A stretch of DNA of 64,000 nt, taken from contig JBAZKC010000002.1 in the NCBI GenBank assembly GCA_041651035.1, forward strand, positions 201,046 through 265,045, in the 5' to 3' direction. Numbering within the stretch: the first letter of the stretch is position 1; every line of letters starts with the position of its first letter. Shown one piece after another: positions 49,689 to 57,393 of this stretch. The notes beneath the pieces are model-generated. The model was not told the origin of the DNA. It saw only the letters and a program-made list of their open reading frames with translations, and did not search any database. A program made the position numbers and the translations under genes. Source of the DNA: Candidatus Omnitrophota bacterium. Its GTDB lineage: Bacteria; Omnitrophota; Gorgyraeia; Gygaellales; Profunditerraquicolaceae.

Positions 49689-50771
49689 ATGCGGATTATT
49701 TCTACGGCTAACCAGAAGGGCGGATGCGCCAAGACGACCACCGCGGTAAATTTAGCCGCGTCTTTAGCTGCTAATTCCAAGAAGGTCCTGCTGATAGACT
49801 TAGACCCGCAGGCGCATGCTACCTTGGGGTTAAATATTAAGGCCGACTTAAGCATCTATAACGTCCTTTCAAAAATAACCCACAAGAAAGCTAAATTAGA
49901 AAATATCGTGCAGAACTTAGGGGTTAATTTCGATATCGCCCCGTCCAGCATAGTATTAAGCACGCTGGAACAGGAGTTAGCCGGAGAAATAGGAAGAGAA
50001 TCCCGCCTTTGGGAAACATTGAATAATTTTAAAACCAGCTATGATTATATATTAATAGACTGCCCTCCCAATTTAGGGATACTGACTATAAACGCCATCC
50101 GCGCCTCGCATGAGATAATCGTGCCGGTAGAAGCAAGCAGATTTTCTCTTGAGGGCCTTGACCAACTTATCAGCATAATAAACCTGGTAAAAGAAAGATT
50201 GAGCCATAACGTAAGTTTTAAGGTACTCGTAACTAACTTTGACTCCCGGCTCAGGCACTCATTTAAAATGCTTGAGCGCATAAAGTCTAATTTCAAATCT
50301 CAATTATTCAATACTATAGTGCATGTAAACGTAAAATTAAAGGAGGCCCAGAACGAAGGGGAGCATATCTTTAATTACGATAAATACTGCCGCGGCGCCA
50401 AAGACTATTTCAGCTTAGCCAAAGAGCTCATCATGCAAGAAACTACGCCTCTTTCCTCCGGAGCATTAGAGAAAAAGATGCAGGATATCTTAAAAGAAAA
50501 ACTGCCCAGGCTGATGGAAATAACTTTTTCATTATCCGCGCCGGAGGCAAAAGAAGTTTATCTGGCGGGAGATTTTAATTCCTGGAAGTTAGATACCACG
50601 AGCAGAATGGAGCATAATAACGGCGCCTGGAAAAAAAAGGTCAGCCTTTCCAGCGGTAAGTACCGTTACCGCTTTGTAATTGACGGGGAGTGGAAAGAAG
50701 ACGCGAATAACCCCGTTAAGGAAATAAACCCCTACGGCTCGGTGGATTCCTTAATAGAAGTTAAAGGATAG
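49689..50771 (+). CDS. ParA/MinD-family P-loop ATPase fused to a C-terminal AMPK-beta-type glycogen-binding domain (CBM48)
   Basis: 360 aa. Deviant Walker A NQKGGCAKTTTAVNLA and Walker B ILIDCPPNLG. From about aa 275: KEVYLAGDFNSWKL...YRYRFVIDGEWKEDANNP...GSVDSLIEVK, which closely matches the AMPK-beta glycogen-binding domain (KEVYLSGSFNNW...YKFFVDGQWTHDPSEP...GTVNNIIQVK). Confidence 0.85.
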   Translation: MRIISTANQKGGCAKTTTAVNLAASLAANSKKVLLIDLDPQAHATLGLNIKADLSIYNVLSKITHKKAKLENIVQNLGVNFDIAPSSIVLSTLEQELAGEIGRESRLWETLNNFKTSYDYILIDCPPNLGILTINAIRASHEIIVPVEASRFSLEGLDQLISIINLVKERLSHNVSFKVLVTNFDSRLRHSFKMLERIKSNFKSQLFNTIVHVNVKLKEAQNEGEHIFNYDKYCRGAKDYFSLAKELIMQETTPLSSGALEKKMQDILKEKLPRLMEITFSLSAPEAKEVYLAGDFNSWKLDTTSRMEHNNGAWKKKVSLSSGKYRYRFVIDGEWKEDANNPVKEINPYGSVDSLIEVKG

Positions 50772-50779
50772 AAGCCCTT

Positions 50780-51106
50780 ATGACTACTCCGCAAGTAAAA
50801 AAAGACGCTCAGGAAGGAAAATTCTTCGCGGTAATTTCTTATATAAGTTTTCTTTGCGTAATCACCCTGCTTTTAAAGAAAGGCAACAAATTCGCTCTTT
50901 ACCACGCTAAGCAAGGCCTTGTGCTTTTTGTATTCGAAGTAGCGGCTTTTATCATCTCCATCGTCCCTCTGCTTGGCTGGCTGCTGGGTACATTCGGCTT
51001 AGCGGTATTCAGTATTTTTTCCTTATGGGGGATCCTTCAGGCATTAATGGGCAAGTATCCCCGCTTCCCCATAATCTCAGATATTGCTGACAACATTACT
51101 ATATAA
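50780..51106 (+). CDS. Small integral membrane protein (DUF4870-like)
   Basis: 108 aa with 2-3 TM helices. YHAKQ...LWGILQA resembles DUF4870. Confidence 0.55.
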   Translation: MTTPQVKKDAQEGKFFAVISYISFLCVITLLLKKGNKFALYHAKQGLVLFVFEVAAFIISIVPLLGWLLGTFGLAVFSIFSLWGILQALMGKYPRFPIISDIADNITI

Positions 51107-51145
51107 AAAATTGCCTCTAAAAAATATTAACCAAGGAGGTGCCTG

Positions 51146-51544
51146 ATGCCTGCCAAGAAAAAGGCGGTAAAAAGAAAAATTGTAAAAAAGAAACCAGCCA
51201 AGAAGAAAAGCACCGTTAAGAAACCGGTACGGGGCAAGGTTAAGAAACCGGTAGTTAAGAAACGGGCAACCAAGAAACCAGCGGCTGCTAAGAAGGCGAA
51301 AGAAAATGTTATCGGAAAGGTCACGCATTATTTTCCTCATGTCAGGGCAGCTGTAATAAAATTAAAAGGGCCGCTATCAACAGGAGACACGGTCAGGATC
51401 AAGGGCCACACTACGGAGTTTAAACAACGCATAATCTCTCTGCAGATAGACCGCGTTCCCATAAACTCCGCGAAAAAAGGCCAAGAGATCGGGTTATTAG
51501 TTGATTCCAGAGTAAGAAACGGAGATATGGTTTATAGTGTCTAG
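51146..51544 (+). CDS. Histone-H1-like lysine-rich protein with a C-terminal EF-Tu-domain-2-like beta-barrel
   Basis: 132 aa. The first about 50 residues are a KKP/KKA-rich tail (PAKKKAVKRKIVKKKPAKKKSTVKKPV...). The C-terminal 80 aa (GKVTHYFPHVRAAVIKLKGPLSTGDTVRIKG...GDMVY) resemble the GTP_EFTU_D2 barrel. Strong RBS AAGGAGG. Confidence 0.6.
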   Translation: MPAKKKAVKRKIVKKKPAKKKSTVKKPVRGKVKKPVVKKRATKKPAAAKKAKENVIGKVTHYFPHVRAAVIKLKGPLSTGDTVRIKGHTTEFKQRIISLQIDRVPINSAKKGQEIGLLVDSRVRNGDMVYSV

Positions 51545-51560
51545 CACGGAAGGAGGAGGG

Positions 51561-51743
51561 ATGAGGCTTTCAGAAATTGAGAAAAAGGCAAGAAGCATGG
51601 GTGTTAAAGACACCTGGAAATACTCTAAAAGGGAGTTGATCAAGACCATCCAGCGTAAAGAGGGTAATTTTGACTGTTTTGGGACAGCCCGCGGAAATTG
51701 CGGCCAAATGGCCTGCTGCTGGAGGCCTGATTGCGTAAGGTAA
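51561..51743 (+). CDS. Small protein with a Rho_N/SAP-like helix-hairpin N-terminus and a 5-Cys C-terminal tail
   Basis: 60 aa starting at the ATG at 51561 with a strong RBS (GGAAGGAGGAGGG). LSEIEKKARSMGVKD..SKRELIKTIQ resembles the Rho termination factor N-terminal (SAP-like) motif. It is followed by CFGTARGNCGQMACCWRPDC. Confidence 0.45.
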   Translation: MRLSEIEKKARSMGVKDTWKYSKRELIKTIQRKEGNFDCFGTARGNCGQMACCWRPDCVR

Positions 51744-51765
51744 CTAAGGAAAGGATAAGCCAGCA

Positions 51766-51951
51766 ATGAAATACAGGTGCCAGATTTGCGACAGAGATAT
51801 CGATGATTTCGCCAGCATTGCGCACATAAAGGCGGAAGAGTACATAATTAACTTAATAAGGCGGGACCATCCTGAATGGAAAAAAGAGGAAAAAACCTGC
51901 CATAAGTGCGTTGACTATTACCGTAAGCTGGTAAAAGAAACTGAAATTTAA
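51766..51951 (+). CDS. Small zinc-ribbon protein (CxxC...CxxC)
   Basis: 61 aa: MKYRCQICDRD...TCHKCVDYY. RBS AAGGAAAGGA. Confidence 0.4.
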   Translation: MKYRCQICDRDIDDFASIAHIKAEEYIINLIRRDHPEWKKEEKTCHKCVDYYRKLVKETEI

Positions 51952-51966
51952 ACAGGGAGGTTTCCG

Positions 51967-52251
51967 ATGATGGGATTTTCAGGTATGTTTGAAGCGCTAT
52001 TATTGATCGCCTTAGGTTTTGGTTACATAGTCCTGTATCTTGCCAAAAGAGAAGATAAAAGGCTGCAATTCCTGGGTTATTTCCTGGGTGCCGTGATCAT
52101 AACACTATCATTAACCTATCTTGTCATCAATGTCTTGACGCAAGCGTTCTTCTTAGCTCCAAAAACGCGCTATTACAACAGGAGCATAATACAACCGTCT
52201 AAGTCTATGCCGCGCCCCATGCCGCAGCAGGCACCCGCGCAAAAACCTTAA
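51967..52251 (+). CDS. Small membrane protein (2 TM) with a Pro/Gln-rich C-terminus
   Basis: 94 aa. Two hydrophobic helices and a PRPMPQQAPAQKP tail. RBS GGGAGG. Confidence 0.4.
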   Translation: MMGFSGMFEALLLIALGFGYIVLYLAKREDKRLQFLGYFLGAVIITLSLTYLVINVLTQAFFLAPKTRYYNRSIIQPSKSMPRPMPQQAPAQKP

Positions 52252-52258
52252 GATTTTC

Positions 52259-53212
52259 TTGATGCGTTATCTCATAACAGGGGGAGCGGGTTTCATCGGC
52301 TCCCACCTGGCAGAATATTTACTTAAACAAGGCCATTTTGTCCGCGTCCTGGATAATTTCTCCAGCGGTAAACGCGAAAATTTAAGCTTCACCAAAGAAC
52401 TGCCCCCCACGAAGTTTGAGCTTATTGACGGGGATATCCGCGATAAATCTGCCTGCGAAAAATCCTGCCTGGGCATTGATTATGTGCTTCATCAGGCAGC
52501 CCTGCGCTCAGTCCCAAAATCAATGAAAGACCCTCAAAGTTATAACGATGTTAATATAAATGGCGTACTTTTTATGCTCCAGGCAGCTTTAAAGGCAGGC
52601 ATAAAGCGCTTTGTATTTGCCTCATCAAGCTCCGTATATGGAGATACGGATAAGATCCCCGAGAAAGAAAAGGATTACCCCAGGTTAATTTCTCCTTACG
52701 CGCTTACCAAGCTGGCAGGAGAATATTATTGCCGCGTATTCAGCCAATCTTTCGGGTTAGAAACCGTGTCTTTGCGCTATTTTAATGTTTTCGGCTGCCG
52801 CCAGGCCTTAGATGACGAATACGCGGTAGTTATACCAAAATTCATCTATAGCATACTTCACGATCAACAGCCTCCGGTATTCGGCACAGGCAAACAATCC
52901 CGCGATTTTACCTATATAGATAATGTTGTCCAAGCCAATGTTCTGGCTGCTACCACAGCGGGCATAAGGGAGGCAGTATTTAATGTAGCCAATGGCAAAG
53001 ACCACACGATCCTGGAGCTGGTTGACCTCTTAAACAGAATACTCGAGAAAGACTCAAAACCCGTATTCCTGCCGCTGCGGCCAGGAGATGTCTTCCGCAC
53101 CTGTGCTGATATTTCCAGTATCAGAAAAGTTTTAGGCTATAAACCAAAGGTAGGCTTCGAAGAAGGGTTGCGTCGCACAGCTGCCTGGTTTAGCAAGTCG
53201 CTAAAACAATAA
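52259..53212 (+). CDS. NAD-dependent epimerase/dehydratase (extended SDR; UDP-sugar 4-epimerase or decarboxylase type)
   Basis: 317 aa. TGGAGFIGSHL Rossmann motif and the YxxxK catalytic motif (SPYALTK). Confidence 0.85.
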   Translation: MMRYLITGGAGFIGSHLAEYLLKQGHFVRVLDNFSSGKRENLSFTKELPPTKFELIDGDIRDKSACEKSCLGIDYVLHQAALRSVPKSMKDPQSYNDVNINGVLFMLQAALKAGIKRFVFASSSSVYGDTDKIPEKEKDYPRLISPYALTKLAGEYYCRVFSQSFGLETVSLRYFNVFGCRQALDDEYAVVIPKFIYSILHDQQPPVFGTGKQSRDFTYIDNVVQANVLAATTAGIREAVFNVANGKDHTILELVDLLNRILEKDSKPVFLPLRPGDVFRTCADISSIRKVLGYKPKVGFEEGLRRTAAWFSKSLKQ

Positions 53213-53307
53213 TTAAGAGTACATACTCATTATAACCGGGGCGTTAAGAATAGGTAAAAGTAAGTAAATCCTGATAAGCACAAACGCCGCTTTATAAGAG
53301 ACTATAA

Positions 53308-53658
53308 ATGCCTAATATTGTAGGAAGGCCTAAAAAATACCGAATAGTGCGGCAAGACCCGCGGATAAGCCAATTTAGCCCAAGAGGGAAGCCTGGCAGG
53401 CCGGATGAAGTTGAGCTTAGTATGGATCAATTCGAGGCTATAAGGCTGGCTGATTACATGGGCCTGGGACAGAAAGAAGCGGCAAAATCAATGCGCATAT
53501 CCCAACAAACCTTTAGCCGCGTGCTTAAAAAGGCGCGCAAATCCCTGGCAAACGGCTTGGTTAATGGAGCCGCTATCAAGATCCAGGGAGGTTCTTATAT
53601 AATCAGTTCCCGTGAGAATTCCCCGCCAGATAGCTTAAAAAAACCACCAATTCCATAG
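53308..53658 (+). CDS. DUF134 (UPF0251) family putative DNA-binding protein
   Basis: 116 aa. Sigma-region-4-like HTH LSMDQFEAIRLADYMGLGQKEAAKSMRISQQTFSRVLKKARKSL. Confidence 0.65.
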   Translation: MPNIVGRPKKYRIVRQDPRISQFSPRGKPGRPDEVELSMDQFEAIRLADYMGLGQKEAAKSMRISQQTFSRVLKKARKSLANGLVNGAAIKIQGGSYIISSRENSPPDSLKKPPIP

Positions 53659-53861
53659 GCATTTACAGGGCCAACCGCACTTTTTGCCCTATAAATACCC
53701 TTGTGCTCAACTTCCTATAATATATCTTATGTTAACTTGAGCATATTGAATATATTGCCCTAAGGCATTGTGTTATAATGAGTTAAGTTATGTATGTATT
53801 TTCCTGTGTATAAGCCAAACTTGACTTACTTCGACTTACTTACTTTCTTTAAGCTTTACAT

Positions 53862-54686
53862 TTAGAAACAAATGGTGAGCTTATTTGACAGGCCGGATTG
53901 GCTGGCAAGTTCCCTGGCTCTTTGGCGCAGTTGCCGGCTGTATTCGGCATATTTGGCGGGATTGGTAGTTTTATAGAGCAATAATCTCCAATTAGTATAC
54001 TCTCCCCTGCTTAACCCTTTTTTAATGGCATCCAGGACACCCCAGCGGGGATTTAATCTATCTAAATAGATCCGCTCTAAATTCAGGCCTTTCAGGGAAC
54101 TAAAAATGGCTTCTAAATTAGCCGGAGTATCGGTAAATTCAGGTATCAAGGGCCCTAAAAACACCCAGGTCTTAATGCCTTTTTCCTTGGCCTTTTTTAG
54201 GGTATTTAAACGATCTTGAGGCTCTGAAGCATAGGGTTCTAAGGCCTTTTGCAGGTTTAAATCCAGGGTAGTAATGGTCATGCCTAACCTGGGGGTTTTA
54301 TAGGCCTCCAGAAGGTCTAAATCGCGCAAGATCAGGCTGCTTTTAGTGAGTATGTCTACCTCAAAACCTGCCTCCAGAAGCAGTTTAAGGCAGGCCCGTG
54401 AGAGCTTATATTTTGCCTCTATTGGCTGCCAGGCATCGCAGATAGAACTCATAAATACCTTTTTGGGTGGCTTGATCTTGCGGAGCTGTTTAGCCAGAGC
54501 CTCCGGAGCGTTTATCTTAACATCCACAAAATCGCCCCAGTCCTCAGGCCTATCTTTGAACTTCTTCATATACCGGGCATAGCAATACAGGCATCTGTGG
54601 CTGCAGCCTACATAGCAATTCAGGGTAAAGTCGCTCAGGCTGGATTTGTTCAGAAGGGTTTTACACTGGATTTCGCGGATTTTCAT
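53862..54686 (-). CDS. Radical SAM domain protein (SPL / DNA-repair-photolyase-like family)
   Basis: 274 aa. CxxxCxxC cluster in GCSHRCLYCYARY near the N-terminus. Confidence 0.7.
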   Translation of the reverse strand: MKIREIQCKTLLNKSSLSDFTLNCYVGCSHRCLYCYARYMKKFKDRPEDWGDFVDVKINAPEALAKQLRKIKPPKKVFMSSICDAWQPIEAKYKLSRACLKLLLEAGFEVDILTKSSLILRDLDLLEAYKTPRLGMTITTLDLNLQKALEPYASEPQDRLNTLKKAKEKGIKTWVFLGPLIPEFTDTPANLEAIFSSLKGLNLERIYLDRLNPRWGVLDAIKKGLSRGEYTNWRLLLYKTTNPAKYAEYSRQLRQRARELASQSGLSNKLTICF

Positions 54687-54770
54687 AGTTTAAGGAGGCA
54701 AGATTTCACTCCCCATGAGAACACCCAGAAATACGGCGCGACAGAAAAAATCTCTGTTATACAGGTAGAA

Positions 54771-55907
54771 TTAAAAAGAACAAACTTTACTCTGAACCAC
54801 AAAACTATTAATAAGTTTACAAAAATTATTTTTAAACCTATTATTATGGATAAATGTATTAGCTATTACTTTCGCTCTACCCGAGAGCTCCTTTCTTAAA
54901 GCGCGATTTCTTACCAGAGACTCGTATTTATTGGAAAAATTCCCGTCATTTGCTTCAAAAAATAACGCGGCACCCTTGAATTTATCCAAAACCGGAAGCC
55001 GATTTAAAAGCAGGGTACTGCCACAAAATGCTCCTTCATGGGTACTTAAAGAAAACGACTCGCTTAAAGAGCTATTTATATAGATATCGCTTAAATAATA
55101 ATACTGGAACAATTCGCTTTTCTCCAGATGTCTTTTATAGAAAAACTGGCAGGGGAATTTCCTGCATACGCTTAATAATTTTTTATACAGGTCTTTCTCT
55201 AGCGACCTGCCCACAAAAAAGAGCTTAAGATGCCTGTGCCTCTCCAGAATTTTAGGCGCTTCTTCAAGCAAAATGTGAGCCCCCTTTATTCTTTCAAGCC
55301 TACCTACATAAAGCGAAACAATATCATTCTTTTTGATATTATGTAAACGCTTTATCTCTTCTATCCTCTTTCTATCCGCTTTGAAGGTTTCAACCGTATT
55401 CTCAATAACAACCACCTTATCTATAAAAGAGGGAAAATATCTGATAAAATTATCGTATTCGTAAGAAGAAGGACAAATTATTCTCTCTGCCAATACAATC
55501 ATCTTCTCCTGATTATGCAAAAAGTGGCTTAACGTCCTGAATCCGGATTCCTTCTCTCTTCTTAATATGCTATGGAAATGGTATATAATTTTAGGCTTTC
55601 TTCCTTTTAGTAACATAATTTTTTTAAGTTCTTTAGTCCAGTTCACAAAATGATGGATTATGTAACCAAACTTACACCAGTTATGTTCCCTTAGAAACGC
55701 CCCGAGATTGTTGTAGTGTTTTATGGTATCATCCGGAAATAACAGCTTAACAGGATATTTCCTGGCAAAATCAGGGCTTATAAGAACGTAGGTTTCATAA
55801 CCCATAGCCAACAAAACATCCCTGCTCTGCTCTACAATCTGACCCACGCCGCCACAGTATGACTTGCCGGTAGGATATTCAAATGAAATAAGTAGTATTT
55901 TCTTCAT
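54771..55907 (-). CDS. Glycosyltransferase family 4 (GT-B fold)
   Basis: 378 aa. N-terminal KILLISFEYPTGKSYCGGVGQ and the C-terminal EGFG-like motif (THEGAFCGSTLL). The gene and its flanks are visibly more AT-rich than the neighbouring genes. Confidence 0.8.
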   Translation of the reverse strand: MKKILLISFEYPTGKSYCGGVGQIVEQSRDVLLAMGYETYVLISPDFARKYPVKLLFPDDTIKHYNNLGAFLREHNWCKFGYIIHHFVNWTKELKKIMLLKGRKPKIIYHFHSILRREKESGFRTLSHFLHNQEKMIVLAERIICPSSYEYDNFIRYFPSFIDKVVVIENTVETFKADRKRIEEIKRLHNIKKNDIVSLYVGRLERIKGAHILLEEAPKILERHRHLKLFFVGRSLEKDLYKKLLSVCRKFPCQFFYKRHLEKSELFQYYYLSDIYINSSLSESFSLSTHEGAFCGSTLLLNRLPVLDKFKGAALFFEANDGNFSNKYESLVRNRALRKELSGRAKVIANTFIHNNRFKNNFCKLINSFVVQSKVCSF

Positions 55908-56014
55908 AGATTTTATATACCTTTGGACAACTTTAAAATAAATATTATCTAATTATTGTTTAGCTATAGATAGTATATATGTAGGACAGGCGGACTTTTA
56001 AATCAGATAAAATC

Positions 56015-57043
56015 CTAATTATTTATATCAATGCGCATCCTCGGTAAACATTCCGGGAAACGTTGTTGTAAAAACCCAAGAAGCTTTTCCCTGACTTCGC
56101 AACGTAAATCCCATAAGGTAGGAGAATCCGCCGCACTCATCAGCGCCCGCAGTTCAATTGTTTTCTCGGTTGTATTGGTAACCTGCAGCACATTGACCTT
56201 TTTATCCCACTTTGGGCTGTTTTCTAGAATACTTGTTAATTCATTACGGACTTCTTTCACGGGTATGGCGTAATCAGTATAAATAAAAACAGTTCCCAGT
56301 AAATCTGCCGAAGTTCGCGTCCAATTCTGAAATGGCTTCTCGAGAAAATATGATATTGGAACTACTAAACGCCTTAGGTCCCAGATACGCACCACTACGA
56401 AAGTAAGGGTAATTTCCTCAATCCAGCCCCATTCATCTTCAATAATGACCACATCGCCTAGCCGGATTGGCTGAGCAATGGCTATCTGGATACCGGCAAT
56501 TAAATTCCCCAGTGTTTTTTGCGCGGCAAAACCTATAACTATCCCGATAACTCCTGCCGAGGCCAATATGCTTACGCCTATATGCCTGACTTCTGCGAAA
56601 TTCATCAATATAAAAGAAATAGTTAATAAAACTATAAGCACGACTATGACATTTGTAATCACACGCATTTGTGTATGTATGCCACGGGCACGCAGATTAT
56701 CCCGAGTATTAATATCATAACGGTGCAAAAGCACATCGCGGGCAATGTAAGCGATCTTTACGGCAGCCCAGCCAAAGAACGCAATAAGCAGGATACGGAT
56801 AAAGTCGCCGATTAATAAACGCGTCTTTTCCGGCAGCTGCAATAGAGGGATAACCCCCGAGACACACAAAACAGGTATCAAAAAACGTAAGGGGCTTTTA
56901 AGGTGCCTCAAGTCGACCTTAAGCCCTTCGGCAAAAAAAGCATTCCCCCGCTTAAGTAAGAATGAAATAATAAGATAAAATACCCACCCGGCAGTAAAAC
57001 CGGATGCTATTAGAATACCCGAAAACAGATAGTTACTCATCAT
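56015..57043 (-). CDS. mscS: Small-conductance mechanosensitive channel (MscS family)
   Basis: 342 aa. Three or more N-terminal TM helices and the MscS beta-domain GNLIAGIQIAIAQPIRLGDVVII. Confidence 0.85.
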   Translation of the reverse strand: MMSNYLFSGILIASGFTAGWVFYLIISFLLKRGNAFFAEGLKVDLRHLKSPLRFLIPVLCVSGVIPLLQLPEKTRLLIGDFIRILLIAFFGWAAVKIAYIARDVLLHRYDINTRDNLRARGIHTQMRVITNVIVVLIVLLTISFILMNFAEVRHIGVSILASAGVIGIVIGFAAQKTLGNLIAGIQIAIAQPIRLGDVVIIEDEWGWIEEITLTFVVVRIWDLRRLVVPISYFLEKPFQNWTRTSADLLGTVFIYTDYAIPVKEVRNELTSILENSPKWDKKVNVLQVTNTTEKTIELRALMSAADSPTLWDLRCEVREKLLGFLQQRFPECLPRMRIDINN

Positions 57044-57233
57044 TTTATACCCTTTCTCTATAAGGAGATCTTTTATCTATAGCGGCAGGATTTTAAGTCT
57101 TTATTTATCCAAAGCCTTAAGATATTTATAGTAATCGCTATCAGTAGTCAAAATCAGTGTTGAATTTTCATCAATAGTACCTTTATATGTTTCTAACGTC
57201 TTATGGAATTATCCATATTTACCCCCCCCATTT

Positions 57234-57371
57234 TTATTTCTTGAGCCTCTTTAAAACCTTGGAATCTTCGCCCCCAAGACCTTTCTTAAATATCCTGCTA
57301 TAACAAAATACCAGCATGCTCAAAATAAACGCCCATGAAATAATCATAAAAATCCAACCGCTAAGCTTCAT
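57234..57371 (-). CDS. Unannotated 45-aa single-TM peptide 22 nt downstream of the P-type ATPase stop
   Basis: ATG at 57371-57369 with GGGAGA six nt upstream. Translated by hand as MKLSGWIFMIISWAFILSMLVFCYSRIFKKGLGGEDSKVLKRLKK*. It is not in the supplied ORF track because it falls below the track's size cutoff. Confidence 0.3.
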   Translation of the reverse strand: MKLSGWIFMIISWAFILSMLVFCYSRIFKKGLGGEDSKVLKRLKK

Positions 57372-57393
57372 TGAGTCTCCCAAGCTTTCTTAA

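Noticed and set aside
51146-51300. Low-complexity AAGAAA/AAGAAACC repeats
   Set aside because: They are coding; they specify the lysine-rich H1-like tail. The minus-strand ORFs 51077..51340 and 51127..51324 are shadows of this region.
57222-57229. C8 homopolymer as a possible phase-variation switch
   Set aside because: It lies just outside any ORF, 4 nt past the stop of the candidate micro-ORF. I see no frame it could toggle, so it is only noted under the small-ORF finding.
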